This document shows positions 13,666 through 29,092 of a stretch of 64,000 nucleotides of DNA, in pieces. The stretch's first letter is position 1. Each line of letters opens with the position of its first letter. Below the pieces are notes generated by a model, which had not been told where the DNA came from, ran no database searches, and worked only from the letters and a program-made list of their open reading frames with translations. This DNA comes from Eledone cirrhosa (lineage: Eukaryota), in contig OZ024749.1 in assembly GCA_964016885.1 (NCBI GenBank), positions 42,966,001 through 43,030,000 of the forward strand, read 5' to 3'. The translations under genes and the position numbers were made by a program.

Positions 13666-15389
13666 CGAGAGAGAGAGAAGCAAAACCAGTAACAACACAG
13701 TAACCACGAATTCACGAATCTAACTAGGATGAAATAGGAATCGAGAAGGAACGGCTCTGCGTAAATTAAACAAAAAACTGATTAAGATTAAAGGATTTGA
13801 GGCTGCAGTAATTTCCTTGTATATAAATCTATTTCATTTGCCTTTGATGTGTATAAATATATGTTGTTTATCATAAATTAATAATTGAAACTGAAAGAAC
13901 GACATTTAAAGTTTTCCCAGAGGATGAAATAACTGAGAAAACAAATATATATTCAGACATTGAAAGTACTGCAGCTGTGAATATCTTCACCCGTATCGTT
14001 ATTTTTCTTCCAATGAAAAACTAACAGATTCACTAAAATATCATTAATGCATTGTTATTTGCTATCAGATCCTGAAACTTTGGTGTTGAGAACACAGAAA
14101 AGTGAAAGCTGATTATAAAGGAAATACTAAAGTGGCAAGCTGTTAAAAAATGCTAAAAAGTAGGTTTGTAAAAAAACTCACTCTAATGAATGTTATAAGC
14201 TTTGGGTCACGAACACATGAGTTGATTGTGAGGTATAAAGAGTAAAGAGCAATATAGCATCGTATTATTTTGGGATATAAACTCACCCTTCTTTACTCAA
14301 ATTATTTCCAACGTAAAGTATGTATTAGAAGGAATAAAGAAAGTAACCACCTCTGTTGTTACAACGACGTTTTCTTTTGTAAATAGTAGTTACATTGCGT
14401 TTTCCTTAAAATCGGCATTCAGCAGTCACTCTGTTGATGGTAGTTAAACCGGATAAATGTAATTTGCAGGCGTGATTTTCGCCAAAGATATCGTGTTATG
14501 AATTGTATTGCTCAGAATACGATTTAGAAAATATTTGGATGGATATAGGCAAAACGTCAAGGAGATATTTCCTAAAGTTACAGAACCATACATAAAACAT
14601 GAAATAGGCATAACTTTCCCTTACTAAAATTACATCATACATCCCACTGTGTATTGGAATAATTACATCTAACCAACACGACTACGGTGCCGACATGAAA
14701 AATATACCGTACACAAGGTGAGAAAATCGCTACGATAACATAGTAATTTTCCAATCACGAACCGTCTGTCTGTGAAATGATGATTACAAGCTAATGTTAT
14801 CGATATAATATCAAAGACTTCTTTGTGATTGTATTTGCTGACGAGGGCCTGAGAATTGACCAAATACAGTAAAGGGAAACCAATGGAATGTCTTATGCAG
14901 TTTTATTTAATTTCCTTCCAATAATCCAGCGATCAGCAGGACAATATCCAAAGAGTATATTACTCCACAGTGGAACAATTCTCTCTTACTTTCTCTTTAT
15001 CTGTCCATCTATCAATCTATCTATCTATCTACCTACCTTTCTCTCTCTCTCTCTACCAATCTATCTACCTATCTATCTAACTCTCTCTCTCCCTCTCTCT
15101 CTCTATATATATATGCACACATGTATATATACATGGAGAAATTGATGGATTTTTAGACATACATACGTATGTATGTGTGTGTGTATATATATACATATAT
15201 ATATATATATTTGTGTGTGTGTGTACGTAAGTGTGTGTGTGTGTACGTGTGTGTATAAGGTATTAACGTTCCCTCTGTAGTATCGGCTCTTGTTGCATTT
15301 AATTGTGCTCGTACATAATTTTTGATTGAGAAAGCTTTATTTATGTTACATCTAGGTAATCAACTAACAAACAACCATCATTAAACACA

Positions 15390-15434
<45 letters not shown>

Positions 15435-15774
15435 CACATATATACATACACATATATACACATACATACATACACATATACATACATATATACATAACAT
15501 ACACATATATATATATATACATACATAACATACACACATATATATATATATATACATACATAACATACACACATATATATATATATATATACATACATAA
15601 CATACACATATATATATATATATATACATACATAACATACACACATATATATATATGTATACAAACATATATATATGTACATACATACATACACATATAT
15701 ATACATACATATACATACACATATACATACATATATACATATATATATACACATATATATACATATATATATAC

Positions 15775-15822
<48 letters not shown>

Positions 15823-16129
15823 TGCAGCTCCACCTACCTGGTACACTTACCATGAACAATTTCGATATTCAATTATAGAACTGGAGATTCTCATGTGGCC
15901 AACATGTCAAGATCGTAAGAATGAGATATGCAAATACAACACTTCCCACGTAATTTACCGAGATTCCACCATGGCGTGACTTCCCTCCGTTGAAACCTTA
16001 ATCCATAAAGATCTGCCTTAATCAAGTTAACTACCTACCTACCTATCTATCTACTAGCATACACACATAGGTACATACATATATACATAGGTACATGCAT
16101 ATATACATATATACACGCATGCATAAATA

Positions 16130-16171
16130 CATATATACATGCCTACATATATATATACATGCATGTATGGA

Positions 16172-16205
<34 letters not shown>

Positions 16206-16870
16206 CATGCCTACATACATATATACATGCATGTATGGATACATACATACATACATACATAAATACATATATACATGCCTACATATATATATATACATGC
16301 CTACATACATATATACATGCATGTATGGATACATACATACATACATACATATATACATGCCTACATACATATATACATGCATGTATGGATACATACATAC
16401 ATAAATACATATATACATGCCTACATACATATATACATGCATGTATGGATACATACATACATACATAAATACATATATACATGCCTACATATATATATAC
16501 ATGCATGTATGGATACATACATACATACATAAATACATATATACATGCCTACATACATATATACATGCATGTATGGATACATACATACATACATACATAT
16601 ATACATGCCTACATACATATATACATGCATGTATGGATACATACATACATACATACATAAATACATATATACATGCCTACATATATATATACATGCCTAC
16701 ATACATATATACATGCATGTATGGATACATACATACATAAATACATATATACATGCCTACATACATATATACATGCATGTATGGATACATACGTACATAC
16801 ATAAATACATATATACATGCCTACATACATATATACATGCATGTATGGATACATACATACATAAATACAT
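16130..16870 (+). repeat. Minisatellite, ~52-64-bp unit (ACATGCCTACATACATATATACATGCATGTATGGATACATAC..)
   Basis: GCATGTATGGATAC recurs about 12 times with a variable (CATA)n spacer. Confidence 0.95.
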
Positions 16871-16944
16871 ACCTGCATACATATATATGTATATATATAT
16901 ATATATACAAACATACATGCATATAATCATACATACATGAATAG

Positions 16945-17005
<61 letters not shown>

Positions 17006-17464
17006 ACATACACGCATATAAAACATACATATATGCATGCTTCCATACATGCATGCAACCATCCCTATATGCATATTGCATACATATATCAATACGTAAA
17101 TATATTCATACATACATACATGAATATATACATAAATATGTGCATATAAACATGCATATATACATGCATACGTACATAAATATGTGCGTATAAACAAGCA
17201 TATATACATACATACGTACATACATACGTACACACATACATATGTGCGTATACACATGCGTATATGCATGCATGCGTACATAAATATGTGCATATATACA
17301 TGCGTATATACATGCATACGTAGATAAATATGTGCATATATACATACGTATATACATGTATACGTACATAAATATGTGTATATATACATGCGTATATATA
17401 TGCATACGTGCATAAATATGTGCGTATATTCATGCGTATATACATGCATGCATACATAAATAAT

Positions 17465-17507
<43 letters not shown>

Positions 17508-17699
17508 CACACACAGATACACGCATACACATACACACATGCAACCGGGTATAATATTTGATCAATGTTTGCTAGTCTTAGTAAACAGTGGTAGTATATA
17601 TTTAACATAACATTTTTCCATTATCTAGAAATCTTGAATCCAATTTCCTATATTGGATTAAGAAAATGTAAATACATTTCCTCCATCTCGTATCTCTCA

Positions 17700-18290
17700 T
17701 CGGTAGTTTAACTGAGGATGGTTTAGTGAGCTGAGGATAGTTTTATTAGCTGAGGATCGGTTATTGAGCCGTCGATGGTGAACTTAGGTGAGAATGGTTT
17801 AGTGTGCTGAGAATGGTTTAGTTAGCTGTGGATGGTTTAGTTAGCTGAGAATGGGTTAGTGAGCTGAGGATGGTTTAGTGAGCTGATGATGGTTTAGTGA
17901 GCTGAGGATGGTTTAGTGAGCTGAGGATGGTTTCGTGAGCTGAGGATGGTTTAGGTAGCTGAGGATGGTTTAGGTAGCTGAGGTTGGTTTAGTGAGCTGA
18001 GGATCGGTTAGTGAGCTGTCGATGGTGAACTTAGGAGAAGATGGTTTAGTTAGCTGAGGATGACTTAGCTGAAAATAGTTTAGTTACCTGAGGATGGTTT
18101 AGTTAACTGAGGATGAATTAGTTAGCTGAGAATGACTTAGTTAGCTGAGGATGGTTTAGTTAGTTGAGGATCGGTTAGTGAGCCGTCGATGATGAACTTA
18201 GCTGAGGATGGTTTAGTTAGTTGTCAATGGTGTACTTAGCTGAGGATGGTTTAGTGACCTGAGGACCGTTTAGTTAACTGGGGATGGTGG
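17700..18290 (+). repeat. 19-bp minisatellite (GCTGAGGATGGTTTAGT(G/T)A)n, ~30 units
   Basis: Direct reading; the variant block GATCGGTTA..GAGC(C/T)GTCGATG(G/A)TGAACTTAG recurs near 17756, 18002 and 18169. Confidence 0.95.
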
Positions 18291-18624
18291 AATGTGGAAT
18301 CAGAATATATATAGTGTAATGTTGGAGACGTGTATATAGACTCCCACATATGACTGGTACTTTATTTTATCAAGCATTGAAGAACAAATAATGAATCTGA
18401 ACAGAAAATCTATAGTGAATTTATAAGTCAATAGAAAATACGGTATAACTTCCCTTCGGAGATATTCTACACATTTGTTATTGTTGCAACAAGTATATCT
18501 CAGCCATTTCTACCAAACAAAATAGATTATTTACGAAATTGTAGAAATCTTTCATAAAATGTAACACTTGGCTATTTCTTACGGGGCCCTGGGAATTGAG
18601 TCAACAAGAGCCTTTATTAATACG

Positions 18625-18870
18625 GAAGAAGAAGACGACAACGAAGAAAGGGGAGAAGAAGACGAAGAAGAAGAAGAAATAATAAGAAAAAGGAGAAAAA
18701 GAAGACGAATAATAATAATAATAATAACAATAATAATAATAAGAAGAAGACGTAGAAGAAGAAGAAGAAGAAGAAGAAGAAGAAAAGAAGAAAAGAAGAA
18801 AAGAAGAAGAAAAGAAGAAAAGAAGAAAAGAAGAAAAGAAGAAGAAGAAGAAGAAGAAGCTGCTGCTGCT
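18625..18870. repeat. (GAA)n/(AAT)n compound microsatellite
   Basis: Direct reading. Confidence 0.95.
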
Positions 18871-19173
18871 ATTTCTACCAAAACCCAACTCATTACATAC
18901 GGAATGGAGATTATATTTTCGAAGGTTAATGTAAAATGGAAATTGGAGTTATTTTGTTTTTATTTGTTTCGTTTCGCCGAAATATGAATTGAATTTGTAA
19001 ATGTCTACGATTACTATAGTTAATCAAAGAGTAAAAGGGGTTTTTAAGCTATAATAGACAATTAGAATATTAAGTAGGGGTTGTTCTACTGATTAAATTT
19101 AGATCGGAATTATTTCAGTTCATGGACACACACACACACACACGCGGACGGAAATAAACCAATAAATATGTCC

Positions 19174-19216
<43 letters not shown>

Positions 19217-19229
19217 CATTTATATATAT

Positions 19230-19284
<55 letters not shown>

Positions 19285-19774
19285 TATATTATATTATATA
19301 TATAAATATATATATTGGTGTATGTGTATACATACATGCATATATAAACACAGAAACATACATAATAGACAGTCACACACACATATACATATATATTTAT
19401 ATATATGAATATATATATATACATTTGTATGCCCCGAAGCATACTTTACTTTACTTTACTTTAGTGTATATTTGTTTTCCTTTTGCAATAACGATTATGT
19501 GCTAAGGTTCCTATTAACTTCGGTAATGACTCTATCCAACTTGTCAATTTAATTTAAACTCTTTCCAATTTTAGCTGTACAGTTCTCACAATGAAATTAC
19601 TATTGAAACTATAGCTAAAAAGATTGACAAACCTTTAAACGATTCCCGATGTTAGTTCGTTGATATTATTACAGATTCGTTGAGGCATCGGATTAAATGC
19701 TGCGGTGTTTTCTTTACTTTGCTGTCCCCTATTCTGTGACTTCGAAATCCCACTGAAGCCAACTAAACATTTAA

Positions 19775-19983
19775 CCCTTTAGCATTTACATTACTCGATA
19801 TTTATACGATTGTATTTTTATGGTAATGGCTTTATCTTATTTATTTATTTCACAAGATATTTTGATATTATTTATTTTCAGGACAATACCTTAATATCAG
19901 CATGAGCGGCCGGTTACGACCAGTTTGAACAGAAAGAGGTGAGAGAATTCTAGCTAGATACGGCTGGTTTAAATGATAAAGGG
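19775..19983. mobile_element. piggyBac-type MITE inserted in a decayed Meta-type SINE
   Basis: TTAA|CCCTTTAGCATTTA ... TAAATGATAAAGGG|TTAA. The flanks join into the SINE core (..GCCAACT.. / ..AAATAAAAGGACCAGT). Confidence 0.85.
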
Positions 19984-20871
19984 TTAATCGTTTCAGGACT
20001 GGGTAAATAAAGGACCAGTCTACAGACCAACATGTTGGGGGACATTGTTAAAATGTCAGAGAGGATACTCTGCTTATCTATCACGACTGTGCGATCTGAG
20101 TTCCAATGGCGCCTTCTTTCAGGACGTGCAAAAGGTAGATAATATCAGTAATAGAAATGCCTATAGAAACATAGTTACTTTGGGGCAATCTGATAATCAG
20201 CCCCTTTTAAAGAATTATTTTTTTCATTCCCTTTCTATATTACGAGCTTTCGAAGATTTATATGACTTTGGTCTTACATTATACTGTTTGGAAAATTATT
20301 TTCTGCTAATATCTAATGTCAAAGGATATGGATGTGTATTTTATATCTATATTATATACTCTCACAACGATCACTGATTTTATGAATTCATCAGGAATAT
20401 TAACTTCGGAATTTTAATCTTATCTTTTACAAATATTTTTCTTTCTGAAGTTCCAACGGAAATTTGAAATATTTATTACAATATTTTTTCCAGCATTATG
20501 TTCACTTACAATTTTAAGGATACTAAACTGATCTTTTTAGGCTTAACTCCAGATGTAAGTTATTGATTTCTTAGCTAGCAGTATACATACTTCCTTTTTT
20601 TAAATATATATATTTCCTAGTTCCAACAATAGCTGCTCGTCAATATTCGAAAATGTTTCATATAGATTTGTCTTGAGATGAAATAAAAATGGATGAGCAG
20701 ACGAATTGCAGAAATGGTATGAAGAAGATTGATAGCACAAAGAAATACAAGACAGGGTAGATTATAGAGAGAACACTAACAAACAATTTGTGCATGAAAA
20801 AAAGTTATACATCACATTCGTGAGTTAGTTTTTGGCACATAGGCGAATGTGATTCCTAATCTATGCAATCT

Positions 20872-20952
<81 letters not shown>

Positions 20953-21209
20953 TTGTGTGTTTGTGTGTGTGTGTCGGTGTGTGTGTAAGTGTGTAAGTGT
21001 AGCAGAAGCTACATCTAGCGTCGTCCCAGATATGTGAACTCTGATCGACTGTCAGTCACCCCTTAGCATTGTTGATGGCGAGTGGTAATAACTAAAATAC
21101 CTACTGGTCCTGAATTGGAAGCCTATTTTTTTTTTTTTTTTTTACTATACTAAAAGTACATCGTTAAACGTGTGTCCAGAGTTAAGGAACATCAAATATA
21201 CTAATTTCT

Positions 21210-21425
21210 GATTTAGAAACAAGGCCAGCAAATTGTTTTAGGAAGGGTAGCAAAGTTGATTAAGTCAATACCAGTATTTGAATGGTACTTTCTTTTACCG
21301 ACTCCGGAACGACGAAATACAAAGTTGACTTCGGTAGGATTTGAATTTAAATCGTAAAAAGCCTGAACTAAGACTGCAATCGGATTGTATCCGACAATTT
21401 ACAAATTCTGTCACTCCACGACCCT
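21210..21425 (-). mobile_element. Diverged Meta-type SINE
   Basis: ACAAGGCCAGCA, TGGTACTTT, AAAGTTGACTTCGGTAGGATTTGAA. Confidence 0.7.
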
Positions 21426-22352
21426 TAAGAACATCAGAGATATTAACGTAATATATATTTGTGACGAATTTGAATATTAAATATTATTACCAGCGCTTGT
21501 CACTACGTCCGGCTAGCAGCTGAAGCCAATAGATAGGTTTACATCACCCAAATGTTGTAGCCCTAGTAGCCAAAGTCAGGGACAGAGACAAAACACTGCT
21601 TCGGCCAATTTTCTTCCTCCGAAAATGTTCATCCCTTATATAATTCCAACACCCAATTCAAATATGCAATCAGGAGGTAATTATCATATCACCTACAAAT
21701 ATATAAACTATAGTTATCTCCCGTAGTTAATCCAATATTAAATACTTCATCCACGGACACTAATTATTTACACGTTATATCGTACCTATACAAACAAACA
21801 AAACTGTGTTGGAAAAATACCAACAAATTCATGCAGAAATTATATTATCCCAACCACAATACATCCTCATACAAAAAACAACTTACTATATATCTTCAAT
21901 TAAAACCTTAGCTATATAAGTATATCGTCTGCTTACTTGAAATCATATAAATACGAAGACAACATCAGATAATGGAATCCTACAAATACTATTTTCGCCT
22001 GAATATGAATATAAGTGAACTTGGTAGACTATTACAGTTCTATTCAAAGGTTATTTCCAAATGTTATCATATAGGAATGTTATGTTAAAAATATATATAG
22101 CGACATATTAATACAGGCATAGACAATCACACACAAATACAAAACACACACACACACCATATGTACAGATGTGTGTGGGTCTTTGTGAGTTGTGGTAGGC
22201 TGCATGTGTACGACATGGTTGTACATACTGTCAAGATGTATGCTGTACGTGACAAAACACTACATACCCTATATACGACATACAAATTGTTATCGCTTAC
22301 AAAAGACAAAACAATAAAACAATTCATTTTTGTGACCTATGTCTAATATACG

Positions 22353-22383
<31 letters not shown>

Positions 22384-22689
22384 CTTATATACACATATAC
22401 ATATGCACATATACATATGTACATATACATAATATACGCATCATATATATATATACACATACATATATACATATATACACATTACATATATACACACATA
22501 TATATATACATATATACACATATATATATATACATATATACATATATATATATATACACATATATATATATATACACACATATATATATACATATATACA
22601 TATATACACACATATATATATACATATATACATATATACATATATATACATATATATATACATATATACACATATATATATACATATAT

Positions 22690-22734
<45 letters not shown>

Positions 22735-22783
22735 TACATGTACATATGTATATATTTATACATATATAAATTTATTCATGCTT

Positions 22784-22838
<55 letters not shown>

Positions 22839-22843
22839 TACAT

Positions 22844-22878
<35 letters not shown>

Positions 22879-22911
22879 CATTTATACATATAGAAATTTA
22901 TTCATGCTTTG

Positions 22912-22959
<48 letters not shown>

Positions 22960-22994
22960 CACACATATATATATATACATATATACATGTACAT

Positions 22995-23043
<49 letters not shown>

Positions 23044-23263
23044 CACACATATATATACATATATACATGTACATATACACACATATATATATATATATAT
23101 ATACATATATACATACATATATATATATATACATATACACATATATATATATATACATATATACATGTACATATACACACATATATATATATATACATAT
23201 ATACATGTACATATATATATATATACATATACACACATATATATATATATACATATATACATG

Positions 23264-23317
<54 letters not shown>

Positions 23318-23436
23318 TAAATTTATTCATGCTTTGTGTATATATATATATAAATAAATAAATATATATATATATATACATACACACACACACTACATAC
23401 ACACACACACTACACACACACATACAAACGAACACG

Positions 23437-23491
<55 letters not shown>

Positions 23492-23932
23492 ATATACATG
23501 AACATATACAATACTGAAAGTCTTGAAAATTAATTTTCTTTGAACAAAGATAAAAACACCTACATAGAAATATTCATATATTTAATGTGTTGGTGTATTG
23601 TTGAAATTTAATTCAACCGTTTGTATACACATGAATAGAGACTTATATATTTTATATCAAAGTTAATTACTAATGGTTTATAAGGTTTCAGAGTATTCAC
23701 AACGTTTTACCAAATTTGTTTAAGTCTACATACATGTACCCTTTGAATCATCCAATGTTTAGTTTTGAAACATAATTTCATATATTGAATGCAATGACCA
23801 AAATAGAATATCTGATATATATATATATATATCTGATATATATATCTGATATATATATATATATGTTTATATATATTTATATCTGATATAGATATATGAT
23901 ATATATATATATATTTATATCTGATATATATA

Positions 23933-23976
<44 letters not shown>

Positions 23977-23988
23977 CTGATATATATA

Positions 23989-24032
<44 letters not shown>

Positions 24033-24044
24033 CTGATATATATA

Positions 24045-24097
<53 letters not shown>

Positions 24098-24100
<3 letters not shown>

Positions 24101-24315
24101 AAAGTTATATTTAAAATTGTTGGGTTACAACTGCCAGCTTAAACCTCTTCAAATGAAGTCGGTGTTATAACGGTATGTCGAATCTATTTATCTATAAAAC
24201 TGTTTATATTGTATTTTGTCTGATGAAGGCATAGCATATTGTTAATATAATATCCCCGAAATATATATAATGAAATAAATATGGTTTTATAAATATAGTT
24301 TTCCATTTATTTAAT

Positions 24316-24320
<5 letters not shown>
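24098..24320 (+). mobile_element. (TA)n-flanked hammerhead-bearing short element
   Basis: Homologous to 1500-1748 and 60677-60810; both ends abut (TA)n. Confidence 0.75.
24212..24277 (+). ncRNA. Minimal type-I hammerhead motif
   Basis: UAUUUUGU-CUGAUGA-AGGCAUAGCAUAUU..AAUAUAAUAUCCCC-GAAA-UAUAUA-UA-AUGAAAUA; stem II partly decayed. Confidence 0.65.
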
Positions 24321-24357
<37 letters not shown>

Positions 24358-24723
24358 AAACTTGGACGGGAACAAAAACAGAGAGGCGGTACAAATAAGA
24401 GTTTATCAGGTTCACGCTTATATATATATATATATAAATACACACACACACACACACACATATATATGTATATATACATATATAAATATACACACACACA
24501 CATATATATGTATGTATATATACATATATAAATATACACACACACACATATATATGTATGTATATATACATATATAAATATACACACACACACACATATA
24601 TATGTATGTATATATACATATATAAATATACACACACACACACATATATATGTATGTATATATACATATATAAATATACACACACACACACATATATATG
24701 TATGTATATATACATATATACAT

Positions 24724-24786
<63 letters not shown>

Positions 24787-24804
24787 CTAAATACACATTC
24801 AACG

Positions 24805-24983
24805 ACACCGCACTATGGGTAGAGCGTCAGACACCAAGCTTTGCATCATAGAGTTATGGCCCTATACATTCTGAGTTCAAATCCTGCTGAGGTTAAATTT
24901 GCCTTTCATCCTTACGGGGTCGATAAAATAAAGTACCAGTAATGCACTGGACCAATTGCCGGCCTTGTGCCAAAAGTAGAAAT

Positions 24984-24986
<3 letters not shown>
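24805..24986 (+). mobile_element. Meta-type SINE (short-tail form)
   Basis: TGAGTTCAAATCC..GCCTTTCATCCTTACGGGGTCGATAAAATAAAGTACCAGT..GGCCTTGTGCCAAAAGTAGAAA; a 5'-truncated copy lies at 26274-26350. Confidence 0.85.
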
Positions 24987-25044
<58 letters not shown>

Positions 25045-26593
25045 CATATATATAAATATATATGTACATATATATATATGGATGTGGCAGGTGTTGAGAT
25101 TTTTCTGGCGCCTGTCTGTGTTTCGTGTTTGTTACTAATTTTCTTACTGTGGTCAGTAAGTTCGCATTTTCTATTATATAGTCCGCATTGTTGAAAAATA
25201 AACCCCATTTGGTCATTCCATGAAATAATCTTGGTCAGCCTATGAAGTTTTTAGTCGACCCTCGTAGTGCATTAAATACCCAGGAGGGAGCTCCGTTCTT
25301 CGTTATACACCTCTATATAAAATTCTATATAAAATTATACTATTATATACTACTAACATTTTATGTAATTTTGTTGCAAATACTGTATTGCAGAGGGCTT
25401 TCATATCTTGATGTTTATTGTGGACATGGTTTTTCAGTCTGTTGTAGTACAAAGGGATAATTTAGGTGTTGATTTACCTGGTATGTTGCACTGTGGAGCT
25501 GTATGTACACTTTGTTTCAATTAACCACAAAAAGTTGGCTTATCATCAAAGTAATTTTAACGAAAATAATTTCAATATTAATCTAACGTTTGTTTTTTAG
25601 ACCAATCTGTCTCTCAGGTGAAATATATAGATTTAAATCAAGAATAAAGAACCAAAAAGTTTTTAAATAATTTTTTTCATTCAGTCTAGTTCATTTATAT
25701 TTCCTGTTTTTAAAAAAAATCTTTTTCTTAAAACTTTTCCAAAGAAAATTAATGATTTATTTCTTTTATTGTTGAGTCTTTCCTCCGCTTACTTTTACTC
25801 ATTATCAATCATCATTTATTTTATAACCGCAACGAAACATTTCTTTCCTTCGTCTATGCAACAGGAAATCTTTCTTTTCTCCACAAAGTAGGAGACAAAT
25901 GGTTATAAACATTTAGTCTTGGTTTAGCTGTGCCGTTATGGAGTAGCTTTCGCAATGACGAGGTTTTCTCCCGGAATATGGATAAAACATGTATGTACAC
26001 TGTCTCAAATATGTAGAGAAAATGGAAAATTAAGTGTCAGACGCAAAGACGTTTTCGGGTTGCTTTGACTCTGTACACATGGATAGGAAATGATTTGGAC
26101 ACAGCATGGCCATTATATACCTTTGACTATATATCTATCTGTGTGTCTGTGTCTCTCTCTCGCTCTCCTTCTGAGACCAGTAATTAAAACAATTAAAAAT
26201 AGAATACAGGCGAATGCAGTAAGAAAAACGTTTGCTTGTATTATTTAATTCATTGACTTTGCCTTTCATCCTTACGGGGTCGATAAAATAAAGTACCAGT
26301 GATACACTGGATAATTGCTGGCCTTGTGCCTAAAGTAGAAACAATTATTTAATTCATATAATATACCTCATTAGCTGAGTATATTCTTTACCTGTATTGA
26401 CTGACAAAGATTACTAGATATTTATATCGTTTAATGAATGCCAGGGAACAGAAATATTGAACCATCGACGGATGTAGTGAACCAAGAAATGTTTAATTAA
26501 TTATGATCAATTAAACATAGAATGTTTAATGGTCGAGGTGTCTAGTTCTTGGCAATTAAACCTGGCTCACCCACCAGACACTTCTTTGGCGAG

Positions 26594-26702
26594 ATGTTAT
26601 GTGGGACCCCTACAGCACAAAAGCCGGTTCCTCATCACTCAATGGCCTTCCACCCCAACTATGGGTTATATAGCCTCGCCAACCCGCAACTGGCCGAACG
26701 TG
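26594..26702 (+). CDS. Candidate first coding exon (MLCGTPTAQKPVPHHSMAFHPNYGLYSLANPQLAER-G, phase-1 donor); product unknown
   Basis: Non-repetitive, locally GC-rich island. In-frame ATGs at 26594 and 26642 after an upstream TAG (26543-26545); canonical G|GTGAGT donor at 26703. Confidence 0.5.
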
Positions 26703-27745
26703 GTGAGTACGGCTGTACGGCTGACGTGACCAAAACCAAACAGAAAGTGGTAAAGGTCAACCAGAGATGGATTCCTCCAACAGATGTAAGAAGGCACTAG
26801 ATTGAATTGGATTGTATTGGAAAACATGAAATGGGTGTAATTCATACAGGAGTGAGTAAGATTGTGGTAGAATGTGGAAAAATCTGGTGTTTTTGTTTTG
26901 GTTATATAAGACTTCCTTAGCGAAGTATTGAAATATCTTTTACTGAGAAATACAACCGAATTTGTTCAGCGGAACACAAAAATATTGCATTGCTTCTAGT
27001 GGAGGAGTATTGCCGACTAAAACAAGTAAATATATTCCTGGTATCTATTATGTAGTTGTTAGAGGTTTAACCTATGGAAGGCAAAGTAAACTTTTCTCCA
27101 ATACAAAGTATATAAAGAGCAGGTTAAACACTGTAAGCAAGTCAATACAATGATCACCTTCATTCTTTTGGTCACCACACACACACACACAGACAAACAC
27201 ACAAACTTTCATGAATCAAAGAATAAATGGATCTCTCTCTAATCCAAGTTATTATCCCTGGATAGGTTTCTATTCAATATTTACCATTTTAGTTCAAATA
27301 AGAATCTTCCTTTAATGAGATAACTAACGGATAATTAATTTGGTCTTAGATTCGTAGCGTGTGGCAATTTAAAAGAAAATTAGCTACTTAATTGTTTCAT
27401 TAAGCATGCAGACACTTCTGCTAACTTTCACACGCAAGGAAACTGATTGTAAAAATCTTAATTGCAGCATGGGTGTATTTAATCAATATTTAGACAGATT
27501 CCTTTCTGGTATTCTATTTCTACATCTCACCCACGGTAAACATCTAGTCAATAGTAAGACACTACTCTTGACTCGACTCAACTAATACGTCAGGCATTCT
27601 ATATATTAACTGACGTCATAATTTAAAGGCAGAAAGAATTACACCTTTATTTTGGCGAGAGCTCAGTTTCACATATAACATGACGGTGTAAAACAGAAGT
27701 TCCTTGTGAAAAAACAAAACAAAAAAAATGTATATATATGCATGT

Positions 27746-27779
<34 letters not shown>

Positions 27780-27861
27780 GTATATATATATGTATGCATA
27801 TATATGTATGTATATATATATATGCATATATATGTACATATATATATATGTATATACATAC

Positions 27862-27896
<35 letters not shown>

Positions 27897-27897
27897 C

Positions 27898-27929
<32 letters not shown>

Positions 27930-28039
27930 ATACATACATATATATATACATACATATATATATACATACATATACACACATATACACACACATACAGAAA
28001 GAAGCAACAATTAATGTCGAGAAAGAATTTGCCCTATAT

Positions 28040-28825
28040 TGATTATTACAATTATTATTATTATTTTCATTATCGCCATCACTATCATCATCATCATCAT
28101 CACCATTATCTCATTCATGATGATGATGATGATGATGATGATGATACCATCACGATCATCATCCTCATCATCATCATCACGATGACGATCATCATCATAA
28201 TCACCATCACCACCATCATCATCACTACCATCGTCACCATCACCACCTCCGTCATCATCATCACTATCATCATCATCACCTTCACCATCACTATACTATC
28301 ATCATAATCATCACGATCACTATCATTATCACCACCACCACCACTATCATCATCTTCATCATCACCACCACTACCACCATCATCACTACCACGATCACCA
28401 TCACCACCACCGCCATCACCACCACCACCACCACTAAACCACAATCACTACCACCACCACCACCACCATCACCACTAGCACCACCACCACCACCACCTAC
28501 ATAACTACCACCATCATCATCACCACCACCACCATCACCACCGCCATCACCACCACCGCCACCACCACCACTACAACCACCACCTACATAACTACCACCA
28601 TCATCATCACCACCACCACCACAACCACCACCTACACCACCACCACCACCACCACCCCCATCACCACCATCACCATCACCATCATCACCACCACCACCAT
28701 CATCATCACCACCATCATCACCATCACCATCACCACCTACACCACCACCACCACCACAACACCACCACCACCACCACCACCATCCTTCACCACCACCACC
28801 AACACCACCAACACCATCACCATCC
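28040..28825. repeat. (ATC)/(ACC) trinucleotide array
   Basis: Direct reading. Confidence 0.9.
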
Positions 28826-29092
28826 CCACAGGTTTTTCAGCAGAAGTGAATGAGAAATATCTTTCTAATGGTATATAGTGACGACATTCCTATAATTCAT
28901 TAGATTCGATCAACAGAAGAAATCAATAGAATGCAAAAACGGATCCACATGATTGATACCAATATAAAAATGGATACATTTGATTGATCACAAAAGCAGT
29001 TCTATAATTTATCAGGGTTATTGTTTTAAATTTGGGGGGTGGATGGATGTCTTCCTCTTCTTCTTGTCAGCCACATACACCTCCTTTTTTAA

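Noticed and set aside
15851-16010. Minus-strand exon ending ATG|GTAAGT with a hydrophobic peptide (..[17 protein letters not shown]..)
   Set aside because: All three frames contain stops before the donor and there is no convincing acceptor.
17700-18290. CRISPR-like or telomeric array
   Set aside because: Units are contiguous with no unique spacers, there are no cas genes, the context is eukaryotic, and there are no TTAGGG/TTAGG runs.
18568-18987. Acidic/basic low-complexity ORF
   Set aside because: (GAA)n/(AAT)n microsatellite.
21500-21625. Promoter with two CCAAT boxes
   Set aside because: Short motifs expected by chance, with no supporting TSS evidence.
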